Shown here one piece after another: positions 48,308 through 58,454 of a stretch of 64,000 bases of DNA (positions are counted from its first letter, which is position 1; every line of letters begins with the position of its first letter). The position numbers were made by a program, and so were the translations under genes. The notes below the pieces were generated by a model. The model ran no database searches, was not told the origin of the DNA, and saw only the letters and a list, made by a program, of their open reading frames with translations. The stretch is from Longimicrobiales bacterium (GTDB lineage Bacteria > Gemmatimonadota > Gemmatimonadetes > Longimicrobiales > Gaopeijiaceae), in contig CBDFMQ010000001.1 in assembly GCA_965249725.1 (NCBI GenBank), positions 96,001 to 160,000 of the forward strand, written 5' to 3'.

Positions 48308-49975
48308 CTAGGCCAGTCCTACGATCTCACCGTCGTCCTTGATCGACATGCCCATTGCGGCCGGCCGGGCCGCGAGCCCGGGCATCGTCATGATGTTAAC
48401 CGTTTTCGCGACCACGAAGCCTGCGCCCGCCGATGGTGTCACATCGCGAACGGTGAGCTTGAAACCACTCGGTCTTGCGAGTAGGGCAGGGTTGTCGGAG
48501 AAGGAGTACTGCGTCTTGGCGATACACACAGGCACCTCGCGCATACCGATGGACTCGAGTCGGTCGATGGCGTTCGAGGCCTCGTCCAGGAAGTCCACAC
48601 CGTCGGCTCCGTAGATCTCCGTCGCGATGACCCCGATCTTCTCCCGCAGGCCCATGTCATCGGGGTACAGAGGCTGATAGTTGGCTTCCCCGGACTCCAC
48701 GACCTCGCTGACGACGTCGGCGAGCTCCAGGCAGCCGGTCCCGGTCTGCCCGTGTGGGTCGGCTTCGACGACCAACACGCCCCACTCCTCGCAGGCCTCC
48801 CTCAGTGCGGCCACCTCGGCATCCGTGTCGGTGGCGAACCGATTGATGGCCACCACGGGCGGAACTCCGAATTTCATGACGTTTTCGACGTGGGCCTGAA
48901 GGTTGACCGCCCCCGACTTGAGGGCTTCAACGTTCTCGGATTTCAGATCGTCCTTGGCCATCCCCCCGTGCATCTTGAGCGCGCGGATGGTCGCGACGAC
49001 CACCACCGCCTGGGGCTCGAGCCCGCCCATGCGACACTTGATGTCGAAGAACTTCTCGGCGCCGAGATCGGCCCCGAAGCCGGCTTCCGTCACGACGATG
49101 TCGCCCAGAGCGATTCCCGCGCGGGTAGCGATGAGCGAGTTGCAGCCGTGCGCGATGTTGGCGAACGGGCCTCCGTGCACGAACGCAGGCGTGCCGCCAA
49201 GGGTCTGCACCAGGTTCGGGTTGATGGCCTCCTGAAGAAGCAGGGTCATCGCGCCCGGGGCTTCGAGCTCCGCCGCGCGGATGGGGTCACCCTGACGTGT
49301 GGAGGCCACGATGATGTTGCCCAGTCTGGCCGTGAGGTCCTTCAGGGAGTCGGCCAGACAGAAGATCGCCATGATCTCCGATGCAGCCGTGATGACGAAA
49401 CCGTCCTCGCGAGGGATCCCACCGGTCCTGCCGCCCAAGCCCAGGACGACGTGGCGCAGGGCTCGATCGTTCATGTCCACCGTGCGGGGCCATGTGATCT
49501 GCCGATGATCGATCTCCAGGCTGTTGGGCCGGAACAGGTGGTTGTCCAGCATGGCCGAGAGGAGCGCATGTGCGGAGGTAATCGCGTGAAAATCACCGGT
49601 GAAGTGCAAGTTGATGTCCGCCATCGGAATCACCTGTGAGTATCCGCCCCCTGCGGCTCCGCCCTTAATGCCGAAGACCGGGCCCAAGCTGGGCTCCCGC
49701 AGGCACAGGACTGGGTTTCGCTCCCGTAGCGTCAGCGCATCGGCGAGTCCGACCGCGACGGTAGATTTCCCCTCGCCCGCCCGTGTCGGGCTGATGCCCG
49801 TAACCAGAACGAGCTTCCCGTTCCGGCTCTCATGATTGTTGATCACCCCCAAGGGCACCTTCGCCTTGTAGTGGCCGTACGGCTCGATGTCCGTGGCGCC
49901 GAGGCCTACCTTGGCGGCAATCTCGGTGATCGGCCCCAGCTCGGCAGATTGTGCAATCTCGATATCGGTCAGCAT
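48308..49975 (-). CDS. fhs: Formate-tetrahydrofolate ligase
   Basis: GEGKST, GIKGGAAGGGYSQ, HGGPFANIAHGCNS, EAGFGADLGAEKF, AKTQYSFSD. Confidence 0.97.
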   Translation of the reverse strand: MLTDIEIAQSAELGPITEIAAKVGLGATDIEPYGHYKAKVPLGVINNHESRNGKLVLVTGISPTRAGEGKSTVAVGLADALTLRERNPVLCLREPSLGPVFGIKGGAAGGGYSQVIPMADINLHFTGDFHAITSAHALLSAMLDNHLFRPNSLEIDHRQITWPRTVDMNDRALRHVVLGLGGRTGGIPREDGFVITAASEIMAIFCLADSLKDLTARLGNIIVASTRQGDPIRAAELEAPGAMTLLLQEAINPNLVQTLGGTPAFVHGGPFANIAHGCNSLIATRAGIALGDIVVTEAGFGADLGAEKFFDIKCRMGGLEPQAVVVVATIRALKMHGGMAKDDLKSENVEALKSGAVNLQAHVENVMKFGVPPVVAINRFATDTDAEVAALREACEEWGVLVVEADPHGQTGTGCLELADVVSEVVESGEANYQPLYPDDMGLREKIGVIATEIYGADGVDFLDEASNAIDRLESIGMREVPVCIAKTQYSFSDNPALLARPSGFKLTVRDVTPSAGAGFVVAKTVNIMTMPGLAARPAAMGMSIKDDGEIVGLA

Positions 49976-50166
49976 GGTCGTCCCGTGTCAGTCGATTCTG
50001 ATGTTGGCCGCTCCTTCGGCGTCCCGAACGGCTCCGGTCGCTCGCACCATGGCGTTCCGCGCACGGCGGTCTAGGCATCACGGCGGTTCAGGCTGGGGTT
50101 TCGGTCCGGATTCTGCAAGAGGGTTCATCCCAATTTCCGGACCGACTCACAGACCCACGGCCCGTT

Positions 50167-50574
50167 CTACTCGACCAGAACCGTGCCCCTCATGAAGGGG
50201 TGGGGCGCACAGTGGTAGGGGAACGATCCTGTCTCGCCGAATTGGAACGTGAAGGAGTCACCGATTCCGAGGAGGGGGGCATCCCATACTTCGGAGTCCG
50301 AGACCGAGTTGTGCAAATCGGTCTCGGGGGGCTCGCAGTAGACCCACGTAACGCTGCTACCCCGCGGTACCCGGATTTCGGCCGGGACGAAGGCGAAATC
50401 AACGATCTGCACGATGGTCGTGTTGATTCCCACGACGCCCGGCGCCAGCGGAAGCGAGCAGTCGGCGGTCACGCCGACAATCGGATCATCGCGGTCCGAA
50501 AAGCACGATAGCATTGCCACGACAGAAAGAACCGCCGAGACTGCGATGACGCGCCTGACAGTGTTCGGCCTCAT
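50167..50574 (-). CDS. Cupredoxin (type-1 Cu) lipoprotein
   Basis: MLS-C lipobox; HN...YHCAPHPFM ligand set. Confidence 0.85.
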   Translation of the reverse strand: MRPNTVRRVIAVSAVLSVVAMLSCFSDRDDPIVGVTADCSLPLAPGVVGINTTIVQIVDFAFVPAEIRVPRGSSVTWVYCEPPETDLHNSVSDSEVWDAPLLGIGDSFTFQFGETGSFPYHCAPHPFMRGTVLVE

Positions 50575-51635
50575 GGTGTTTCTCCTTCGACGATGACGAC
50601 GCCGGTCATCTCCGGGTGCGGCACACAGAAGAACGGGAACTCCCCAGGCGTGTCGAAGGTGTACCCCCAGGACTCGCCGGGCGGTAGGAGAGGTGAGCCC
50701 CAGACGGATGTGGTGGACGTGCTCGTGTGCGCGACCACATCGCGGTTCACCCAGACGACGCGCGAGCCCACCGGGATCGAGATGCGCTCCATTCCAAACT
50801 CCAAGTCCTGGATGATGACGTACACGGTGTTCTGCTCGATCCCGGTCGCTGCGACGTCGGTGTCCGATTCCGTCGAACCTCGGGGCAGGAATCGGCTCAC
50901 GGTCAACGGGATTGTGAACTCGAACCCCCACCGCGTTCCGGAGCCCCCACGCGACGCCCCCTGCAGGGTCGACGTGTTCGTATTCGTCAACTGAATCGAA
51001 AGGGTATGGGGCGTATAGGGCACGGCGACTTGCACGGCTCTTCCCCACGCGACCTTCTCGGAGTCGGTCCGGTCCATCAAGGTGGTGACGTCCCCGGCCA
51101 ACGCGACGAAGTCGTTCAGGCGCAGGACAGCGCCCCCTCCCAGCGCGACTCGGCCTTCGCCGGCGCCGTAGCCGTCACTGAACGTCCGTACTGCACCGAG
51201 TAGGCGAAGCGGGCCCGCGGGGAGGGAGAGAGAGAGTTCTGCGTCGGCGCTACGCGCGGCGTCGTTGTACGCGAACGTTACCGCCGCGTCCAACGGTCCG
51301 TCTCCCTCCGAAGTCAGCGGAGCCCACCGACCGAAGAGTTCCCACTCGTTCGGAATCCGCGAGACGAGGTCCGAATTAGACGAGTACTTCGCTCCGATCA
51401 GAGTCCGCCCCGGAAGGGAATAGCTCGTGACGAGAGTCGGAACGTTCGACACCTTCTTCGTCGGCGGTTCGCCCGATCGAAACCTGTGGAGGAAGTTGAA
51501 ATGGAGTATCTGCGGCCTGCCCACCCAGCCGCCCGACAGGTTCGGCGTCCGATCCAACACGGACTGCGCCGCGGCGATGTCTGGCAGGCTCCCCCAGAGG
51601 AGAAGCAGGCAGATGCACGACGAGAGTGACTTCAC
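50571..51635 (-). CDS. Beta-strand-rich (probable outer-membrane barrel) protein fused to a C-terminal cupredoxin
   Basis: Signal peptide; FNFLHRF, HTLSIQLTN, WGFEFTIP; HT...FFCVPHPEM. Confidence 0.8.
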   Translation of the reverse strand: MKSLSSCICLLLLWGSLPDIAAAQSVLDRTPNLSGGWVGRPQILHFNFLHRFRSGEPPTKKVSNVPTLVTSYSLPGRTLIGAKYSSNSDLVSRIPNEWELFGRWAPLTSEGDGPLDAAVTFAYNDAARSADAELSLSLPAGPLRLLGAVRTFSDGYGAGEGRVALGGGAVLRLNDFVALAGDVTTLMDRTDSEKVAWGRAVQVAVPYTPHTLSIQLTNTNTSTLQGASRGGSGTRWGFEFTIPLTVSRFLPRGSTESDTDVAATGIEQNTVYVIIQDLEFGMERISIPVGSRVVWVNRDVVAHTSTSTTSVWGSPLLPPGESWGYTFDTPGEFPFFCVPHPEMTGVVIVEGETP

Positions 51636-51785
51636 GCTGGGCTCCTAGATCGTTGGCGGGGCGCAGCCAAGGCGTGAGGCACCGCCGGATGCATATCGCA
51701 CCCGACGATGCCCCTCAGCCCGGCTCAGAGAGGCCCCACCGCTTGGTGTGGCCGAAGTCGGACCCGAGAATCCAACCCCTCGGGC

Positions 51786-52538
51786 CTAATTGTTGTTCGC
51801 GCCGCCCTGCGTCCACGCCCGGATGATGTCGATCACGGCCTTGGCCAAAGGCGTACCGCCGCGTGGCATCTGTGCACCCGAGCCCCCTACGTCGGCTTGG
51901 GTACCCAGGAGCTTGTGAATGAGATAGCTGGCGGCGGGGTCGCCCGGCTCGATGCGAGCCAAGCCCGCCTGCCCCGCAGTCACGCTCACGATGTTCGCGA
52001 AAGCGACACCCGCGGTGAGATCCATACCCTGGGGCGAGCCTGCGCCCGTATGGCATCCAGCAAAGGCACAACTCATGGTGAAGATCGGTTGGACGTCGGC
52101 ATCGAAGCGAGCAGAAGCGACCGCGTCACCCTCGCTCGTGCCAGAAACCGACTCGCTCGTGGCCGTGATCGTCGCCGAGCCTGCTCCGACGGCTTCCACC
52201 GTGGCGCTGGTGCCATCTCCGGTCACCGTTATGGCCGTCGCGTCACTCGACTCCCACGTGACCGTGGCGTCAGCGATCGTCCCGCCCGACGCATCGGTGA
52301 CGTCGACGCTCAGTTCGAGCACATCGCCGATCGCCAGTGCGAACGATTCAAGGGAGAATGCAACCGCCGCAGGTCCCGCAGGAGGCGGAGGCGGCGGTGG
52401 TGGTGGGGGAGGAGGAGGAGGTGGTGGGGGAGGAGGTGGTGGAGGGGTGACCACTTGGGTCGGGTCGTCGCCTCCGCCGCACGCCGTCATGACACCTCCC
52501 AGCAACACCACTACGGTAATCAGACGAAAAAGCCTCAT
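51786..52538 (-). CDS. Lipoprotein: polyproline linker, Ig-like (Big_2) domain and CX4CH cytochrome c-like domain
   Basis: MTA-C lipobox; about 21 Pro; VTWESSD; F...VQPIF...CAFAGCH, PGDP..SYL..KL, QMP, I..W...GA. Confidence 0.8.
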   Translation of the reverse strand: MRLFRLITVVVLLGGVMTACGGGDDPTQVVTPPPPPPPPPPPPPPPPPPPPPPAGPAAVAFSLESFALAIGDVLELSVDVTDASGGTIADATVTWESSDATAITVTGDGTSATVEAVGAGSATITATSESVSGTSEGDAVASARFDADVQPIFTMSCAFAGCHTGAGSPQGMDLTAGVAFANIVSVTAGQAGLARIEPGDPAASYLIHKLLGTQADVGGSGAQMPRGGTPLAKAVIDIIRAWTQGGANNN

Positions 52539-52718
52539 ACATCTCTCCCTGTCGTGAAATATGAATCGATCAAGCTTGGAGGTCGGCACGACGCACGGAC
52601 CTTAATCGCCTTCTTACGTGCGGAACAGGGTGGCATTACAGGTGCCTACAAGAGGTTGGGCTCGAGGTAGCCTCGAGCGACTGACCGGGGCACGGGCGGC
52701 CTGAGAGGGTAGACGTCG

Positions 52719-54848
52719 CTAGCTGCGGCCCAGACGGAGCGCGTTCGCTGTCACGGCAAGGGACACGCCCAGGTCGCCCACCACCACCGCCAACACGAGG
52801 GAGACCCACCCCATCGGCACGCCCACGGCCAGGATCCCTTTGACCAGTAAGGCAGCGCCGACGTTCTGTCGGATCACGCGATCGGCGCGCTTTGAGAGGT
52901 CGATCAGGTAGGGCAGGGTCTCCAGGTCGTCGCCCATGAGGGCAATGTCCGCAGCCTCCAGAGCGGTGTCGCTTCCGGCCGCGCCCATGGCGATGCCGAC
53001 GGTGGCCGCGGCCAGTGCCGGCGCATCGTTGATGCCGTCACCCACCATCGCCACCGATCCCAACTCCGCCTCGAGGGCACGGACCAGATCGACCTTGTCC
53101 TCGGGCAGCAATCCCGCATAGACCCGGTCCACACCGAGCTTCTGTCCTACGACATCGGCTGTTTCTTTGTTGTCTCCGGTCAGCATGACCACATGCTCGA
53201 TCCCTACGTCGCGGAGGTGCGACACCGCCGACGTCGATTCGTCTCGGGCTCCATCTCCCAGAGGGATCCACCCGAGGAATCGGTCTGTCCGACCGACGCC
53301 CACGACCGTTCGCCCGCGGGACCTGAGCTCGCCGACCCCCGCACTCGCTCCGACTTCGCCGAACAACTCGGGACGACCGACCCAGTATTCCTCATCGTCG
53401 AGTAGCGCGCGCGCTCCTTTGCCGGGAATCGTCTGGAACTCGGTGACCTTCCATCCGTTCTCGTCGAGTCCGCGTTCATGCACGGCGCGTCGGATCGATG
53501 ATCCGATGGGGTGCTCCGACCCCGCCTCGACCGCAAAGGCTCGTTCGAGCAGCTCAGCCTCGTCCACCCCGGGTGCCGGCCGCAGATCGATGACCTCCGG
53601 GTGCCCATGCGTGAGGGTCCCGGTCTTGTCGAACGCCACTACCTGCACTCGGCCCGCCGCCTCGAGGTAGGTGCCGCCCTTGATGAGCACGCCACTGCGA
53701 GCCGCAGCCGTGACGCCACTCACGACCGCCACAGGGGTCGAGATGACCAGGGCGCACGGGCAAGCGATGACCAGCAGCGTAAGCCCTCGGATGAACCAAA
53801 CGACGAACGGAGCGTCCGCGACCAGAGGGGGACCGAACGCGACGAGGATCGCTCCTACCGTGACCACGGGCGTGTAGTAGCGCGCGAACGTGTCCACGAA
53901 TCGCTCGCTCTTGGTCTTGCCCGCCTCGGCCTCTTCGACCAACTGGATGATCCGGGCCAGCGTGCTCTTGCCCGCCTCCCGATCCACCCGAATGTGAAGC
54001 GCCCCGTCCTGGTTGATCGATCCCGCGAAGACCTCGTCTCCGACCGAGCGCTCGACCGGCAGGAACTCGCCGGTGATGGCGGATTGATCGACCGACGCGA
54101 CCCCGCTTTCCACCCTCCCGTCCGTCGGGATGCACTCCCCCGGCCGCACGATGACCAAGTCTCCGACGACCAAGGTGTCTGCGGGCACCACGATCTCTTC
54201 GTCGCCTCTGAGAACTCTCGCGCTGGCAGGCGCCAGATCGATCAGGGCTTCTACGGAGGCTCGGGCGCGATCCACGGAGAAACGCTCGAGTAGCTCCGCG
54301 ATTGAGAACAGAAACGCGATGGCGCCCGCTTCCAGGTACTCGCCCACGGCCACGGCGCCGAGGATGGCGATGGTCATGAGGAAGCTCATGTCCAAGGACA
54401 ACATCCGGGCGGACCGCCATCCCTTGCCGAAGAAGTTCAGACCGCCGACGAGGGCGGCCAGGACGAAGAACAGATCGTCGACATGGATGTCGTGCAGCGG
54501 GTGTGCGATGAGCGTCGGGGTGGTCCAGGAGAAGCGGAGCACCAATCCGGTCGCGAAGAGGAACATGGCCACATAGGTGATCCTCGCCCGCTTGCTGCCC
54601 CAAGTCGTGGCAGAGCGCTTGCCGCTGCCGTCGAGTGGGTGAGCCGCATATCCAAGTCGCCCGACCTCTTCCCTGAGCCGCTCTGGGTCGACCCGGTCCG
54701 CCTCGAAACGGATGCTCAGCGTCCGTGCCACCGGACTCCCGTCGACCGCAACCACGCCGTCGATCTTCTCGAGCCGCCCTTGGATCTTCCTGAGGCAGTT
54801 CGCGCAGTCCATGTCGGCGACACGGAGCTGTACGTCGCTTACCGACAT
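52719..54848 (-). CDS. Heavy-metal P1B-type ATPase (ZntA/CadA-like)
   Basis: MDCANC HMA motif, [28 protein letters not shown]; Lys and Asp in the last TMs suggest P1B-2. Confidence 0.93.
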   Translation of the reverse strand: MSVSDVQLRVADMDCANCLRKIQGRLEKIDGVVAVDGSPVARTLSIRFEADRVDPERLREEVGRLGYAAHPLDGSGKRSATTWGSKRARITYVAMFLFATGLVLRFSWTTPTLIAHPLHDIHVDDLFFVLAALVGGLNFFGKGWRSARMLSLDMSFLMTIAILGAVAVGEYLEAGAIAFLFSIAELLERFSVDRARASVEALIDLAPASARVLRGDEEIVVPADTLVVGDLVIVRPGECIPTDGRVESGVASVDQSAITGEFLPVERSVGDEVFAGSINQDGALHIRVDREAGKSTLARIIQLVEEAEAGKTKSERFVDTFARYYTPVVTVGAILVAFGPPLVADAPFVVWFIRGLTLLVIACPCALVISTPVAVVSGVTAAARSGVLIKGGTYLEAAGRVQVVAFDKTGTLTHGHPEVIDLRPAPGVDEAELLERAFAVEAGSEHPIGSSIRRAVHERGLDENGWKVTEFQTIPGKGARALLDDEEYWVGRPELFGEVGASAGVGELRSRGRTVVGVGRTDRFLGWIPLGDGARDESTSAVSHLRDVGIEHVVMLTGDNKETADVVGQKLGVDRVYAGLLPEDKVDLVRALEAELGSVAMVGDGINDAPALAAATVGIAMGAAGSDTALEAADIALMGDDLETLPYLIDLSKRADRVIRQNVGAALLVKGILAVGVPMGWVSLVLAVVVGDLGVSLAVTANALRLGRS

Positions 54849-55002
54849 GGTCTACGCTTGTCGGACGCGGGCTGCTGAGGTGGGCTCGGTCTGTTCGTAA
54901 CGGGCATGCATCGGGTCCTTTGGTGGCCGGTCCGTCGGGGTCGATGGGTGGCCGGCGGTGACGTCGACGGGAGAGTAACGTGGTCCTGGGCACTGGACAA
55001 TA

Positions 55003-55022
55003 AATTTAGGCTTGCCTAAATT
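55003..55022. promoter_or_regulatory. DtxR/MntR-type operator palindrome
   Basis: AATTTAGGC-TT-GCCTAAATT, between the divergent ATPase and the DtxR-feoB operon. Confidence 0.8.
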
Positions 55023-55080
55023 AAGCCCGATCGGGGAAGGAGTCCAGTTCCGGAGGGAAGGGCGAGTGGAAAACACTGCG

Positions 55081-56127
55081 ATGGTGGATCCGGGGACGGC
55101 GCTCATCGTTTTCGCCGTTGGCGCAGTGTTGCTGTCCATCTTCTTCTGGCCGAAGCGTGGGCTCGTCGCCTCCCTTCGCAGGATTGCCAGTTCGACCGAG
55201 CGCATCCGCATGGAAGACGCGCTCAAACACCTCCATGATGTCGAGTACAGAGGCCGTCACGCCTCGATCGAGAGCTTGGCGGGGGTCCTCGAAGTGTCTC
55301 GGATGGTTGCGGCTCGCACCGTCCAGCGCCTGACCGAACGTGAGTTGGCCGAGATGCACGGCGATACGCCGGTGCTCACCGCCGACGGTCGGGACTACGC
55401 GATCAGGATTCTCAGGACCCACAGACTCTGGGAGCGGTACCTGGCGGATCGCACGGGAGTCCGGCCGGAGGATTGGCACGCGTCCGCGGAGGACGCCGAG
55501 CACCGAGTCAGTTCCGATGAGGCCGAAGCTTTGGCGGCGCGGCTGGGACACCCACGGTACGACCCGCATGGAGACCCGATTCCCACCATGGAGGGCGAGA
55601 TGCCCCCTCCCGAGGGCGTGGCGTTGAGTACGGTCGAGCCCGTCGCGCAGGTGGTGATCACGCATCTCGAAGACGAGCCGCCCGAGTTGTTCGAGCGAAT
55701 CGCGGCGATCGGTCTCTCCCCACATCTGCGTTTCACGGTGGTCGGGAAAGACCGAGAGAGTGTGCACATCAACCTGCGGGGTGAGGGGCTGATCTTGCCT
55801 CGCATGGTAGCGGGCAATGTCACCGTGCGCCCACTCGCCGAGGGTGAGTCGGTGGACGTAGCGACTGCCACGCTGGCGGACCTCGAGCCCGGTGAATTGG
55901 CTCGTGTGATCGGTATCGCCGCACGCTGCCAGGGTCCCCAGCGTCGCAGGCTGCTGGACCTCGGCGTCGTACCGGGGACCGAGATCGTCGCCGAGTTGGA
56001 GAGTGCCGGCGGTGATCCCATGGCTTACCGGATCCGCGGCGCCCTGATCGCCCTCAGGGAAGAGCAGGCGTCGTGGATCGAGATCGAGCCCGTCGGCGCG
56101 GCGGCCCCACAGCCGATGGCGGTCTGA
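55081..56127 (+). CDS. DtxR/MntR-family metal-dependent regulator with N-terminal TM segment and extra FeoA domain
   Basis: EDALKHL, R.HRLWERYL, AE..EH, DPHGDPIP; FeoA RRLLDLG..PG...GDP....IRG..IALR. Confidence 0.88.
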   Translation: MVDPGTALIVFAVGAVLLSIFFWPKRGLVASLRRIASSTERIRMEDALKHLHDVEYRGRHASIESLAGVLEVSRMVAARTVQRLTERELAEMHGDTPVLTADGRDYAIRILRTHRLWERYLADRTGVRPEDWHASAEDAEHRVSSDEAEALAARLGHPRYDPHGDPIPTMEGEMPPPEGVALSTVEPVAQVVITHLEDEPPELFERIAAIGLSPHLRFTVVGKDRESVHINLRGEGLILPRMVAGNVTVRPLAEGESVDVATATLADLEPGELARVIGIAARCQGPQRRRLLDLGVVPGTEIVAELESAGGDPMAYRIRGALIALREEQASWIEIEPVGAAAPQPMAV

Positions 56128-56128
56128 C

Positions 56129-58357
56129 ATGGCGACGCTCGCCCTCGACGGGTGCGCGAGCTGCGCCCAGCACCGAACGGAGAGTCTCGTCCGACTGGGC
56201 TTGAGTCCCGATCGGTGGGATTACCTGGTCGCGCTCGCTGGCAATCCGAACACCGGCAAGAGCACCGTCTTCAACGCGCTGACCGGACTGAGACAGCATA
56301 CGGGCAACTGGCCCGGCAAGACGGTCGTCCGGGCTGAGGGCGTCTTCCTTCACGAGCAAGATCGGGTGAAGGTCGTGGACCTCCCCGGCACGTATTCCCT
56401 TCAGGCCGGGAGTACCGACGAAGAGGTCGCTCGGGACTTCATCCTCTTCGGGCGTCCGGACGTGACGATCGTCGTGGTCGATGCCACGCGTCTCGAGCGC
56501 AACCTCAACCTCGCTTTGCAGATCCTCGAGATCACCGACCGCGTCGTGGTGTGCGTGAACCTCATGGACGAAGCCAGGCGTCACGGCATCGCAATCGACC
56601 TGAAGCGGCTCGAGAAGGAACTCGGTGTGCCGGTGGTCGGCACTTCGGCGCGGCAGGGTGAGGGCGTGGATGTACTGATTTCGGTCGCCGTGGACGTGGC
56701 GAGCGGCAAGACGCATACCCGACCCTACCGGATCGAGACTCATCAGGAAGCCGTCGAGGCCGCCGTGGCGGGTTTGGTTGCGGAGCTGGAGGCTGCGTTC
56801 CCCGACCTGCCCAATGCTCGTTGGGTGGCGCTCCGTCTGCTGAACGCGGATGAAGCGGTAGAGGAGGCAGTGCGCTCGGGAGATCTGGGCCTGCTCATGT
56901 CCGACTCCAACGCGGACGCTTTGCCTCCCGATGCCGGGGATCTGGAAGCCCGGCTCGGGGTGTTGCGCCACGCCTCGGATCTCCGGTGGGATCTTCCACA
57001 TGACTTCCACGATGCCCTGTCCCATCAGCTGTACGACTTGGCCCAGGAGATCGCTGCGAAGTCGCAGGCGCGCGGCCTCAAGAAGGCTGGATTCGACCTG
57101 GACCGTACGCTCGACAGAGTGCTGACCAGCCGGGTGCTCGGCTTCCCGACGATGCTGCTGATGCTCGCGGCGGTGTTCTGGATCACGATCGCGGGAGCCA
57201 ACGTACCGTCCCAGATGCTCGCCACGCTTCTGGTGGACAACGGGCACGCTTGGCTGACGTCTGGGGGTGCGGCCGTCGGCATGCCGTGGTGGCTGAGCGG
57301 CTTCCTCTTCGATGGTGTCTATCTCGCGACCGCTTGGGTGATCGCCGTCATGCTTCCGCCCATGGCCATCTTCTTCCCTCTCTTCACGCTACTAGAGGAT
57401 TTCGGCTACCTGCCCCGGGTCGCGTTCAACTTGGACGGCATGTTCCGTAGAGTGGGGGCACACGGGAAGCAGGCACTGACCATGAGTATGGGCTTCGGCT
57501 GCAACGCGGCTGGGGTCGTGGCGACCCGCATCATCGACAGTCCCCGTGAGCGGCTCATCGCCATCATCACCAACAACTTCTCGCTCTGTAACGGTCGATG
57601 GCCCACCCAGATCCTCATCGCGACGCTGTTCATCGGGGCACTCGCCCCGCCGCACCTTGCGGGACTCGTGTCGGCCAGCGCCGTGGTCGGGATCGCGCTC
57701 TTGGGAATCGTCATGATGCTCTTGGCCTCGTGGCTGCTATCCAGCACCGTGCTCAAGGGCGAAGCGAGCACGTTCAGCCTGGAGCTGCCACCTTATCGTC
57801 CGCCGCGGATTCTCCAGACGCTTTATACCTCCATCATCGATCGAACCCTGATCGTCCTGTGGAGGGCCGTGGTATTCGCCATACCGGCGGGTGCGGTGAT
57901 TTGGCTGGTGTCGAACATCACCGTCGGGGACGTGAGCGTTGCGGCTCACCTGATCGACTGGATGAACCCGGTGGGCCTGTTGTTCGGGCTGAACGGGGTG
58001 ATCCTGCTGGCCTTCGTGGTCGCGATCCCGGCCAACGAGATCGTGATTCCGACGGTACTGATGCTCACCGTGTTGGCGGCGGGCCTCTCGGGCGTCGGTG
58101 AGGGTGCCGGCGTCATGTTCGAGTTGGACTCGGTCACGGCGATGGGCGAGATCCTGCAGGCGGGGGGTTGGACGCTGCTCACGGCTGTGTGCCTGATGTT
58201 GTTCAGCCTTCTCCACAATCCGTGCTCGACCACGATCTACACCATCTACAGAGAGACCGGCAGCGCGAAGTGGACCACGGTTGCGACAGCGCTACCGCTC
58301 GTGATGGGCTTCGTGACGTGCTTCTTGGTCGCTCAGGTCTGGCGGTTGTTGGCCTGA
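56129..58357 (+). CDS. feoB: Ferrous iron transporter B
   Basis: GNPNTGKS, NWPGKTV, DLPGTYSL, LED.GYLPR, GFGCN, ELPPY, PC.TT. Confidence 0.96.
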   Translation: MATLALDGCASCAQHRTESLVRLGLSPDRWDYLVALAGNPNTGKSTVFNALTGLRQHTGNWPGKTVVRAEGVFLHEQDRVKVVDLPGTYSLQAGSTDEEVARDFILFGRPDVTIVVVDATRLERNLNLALQILEITDRVVVCVNLMDEARRHGIAIDLKRLEKELGVPVVGTSARQGEGVDVLISVAVDVASGKTHTRPYRIETHQEAVEAAVAGLVAELEAAFPDLPNARWVALRLLNADEAVEEAVRSGDLGLLMSDSNADALPPDAGDLEARLGVLRHASDLRWDLPHDFHDALSHQLYDLAQEIAAKSQARGLKKAGFDLDRTLDRVLTSRVLGFPTMLLMLAAVFWITIAGANVPSQMLATLLVDNGHAWLTSGGAAVGMPWWLSGFLFDGVYLATAWVIAVMLPPMAIFFPLFTLLEDFGYLPRVAFNLDGMFRRVGAHGKQALTMSMGFGCNAAGVVATRIIDSPRERLIAIITNNFSLCNGRWPTQILIATLFIGALAPPHLAGLVSASAVVGIALLGIVMMLLASWLLSSTVLKGEASTFSLELPPYRPPRILQTLYTSIIDRTLIVLWRAVVFAIPAGAVIWLVSNITVGDVSVAAHLIDWMNPVGLLFGLNGVILLAFVVAIPANEIVIPTVLMLTVLAAGLSGVGEGAGVMFELDSVTAMGEILQAGGWTLLTAVCLMLFSLLHNPCSTTIYTIYRETGSAKWTTVATALPLVMGFVTCFLVAQVWRLLA

Positions 58358-58454
58358 CCGGCGCCTTCACCGAGCCAGGAGGAATCGCCCTCCTGGCCCG
58401 GATCCGTCGAGGTGGTTTGGTCTAAGGGCTCCACTCTATGAGTCGGCGAAGCCT

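Noticed and set aside
48270..48308. Three degenerate CTCGCTG-containing repeats between fhs and the permease
   Set aside because: Too short and degenerate to assign a function.
49976..50166. Possible ZTP or THF riboswitch upstream of fhs
   Set aside because: Only a 10-bp inverted repeat (50101-50110/50136-50145) is visible; I could not match conserved riboswitch motifs. An Rfam scan would settle it.
53554..54993. 479-aa alternative-frame ORF
   Set aside because: Overlaps the P-type ATPase on the same strand; low-complexity Arg-rich translation.
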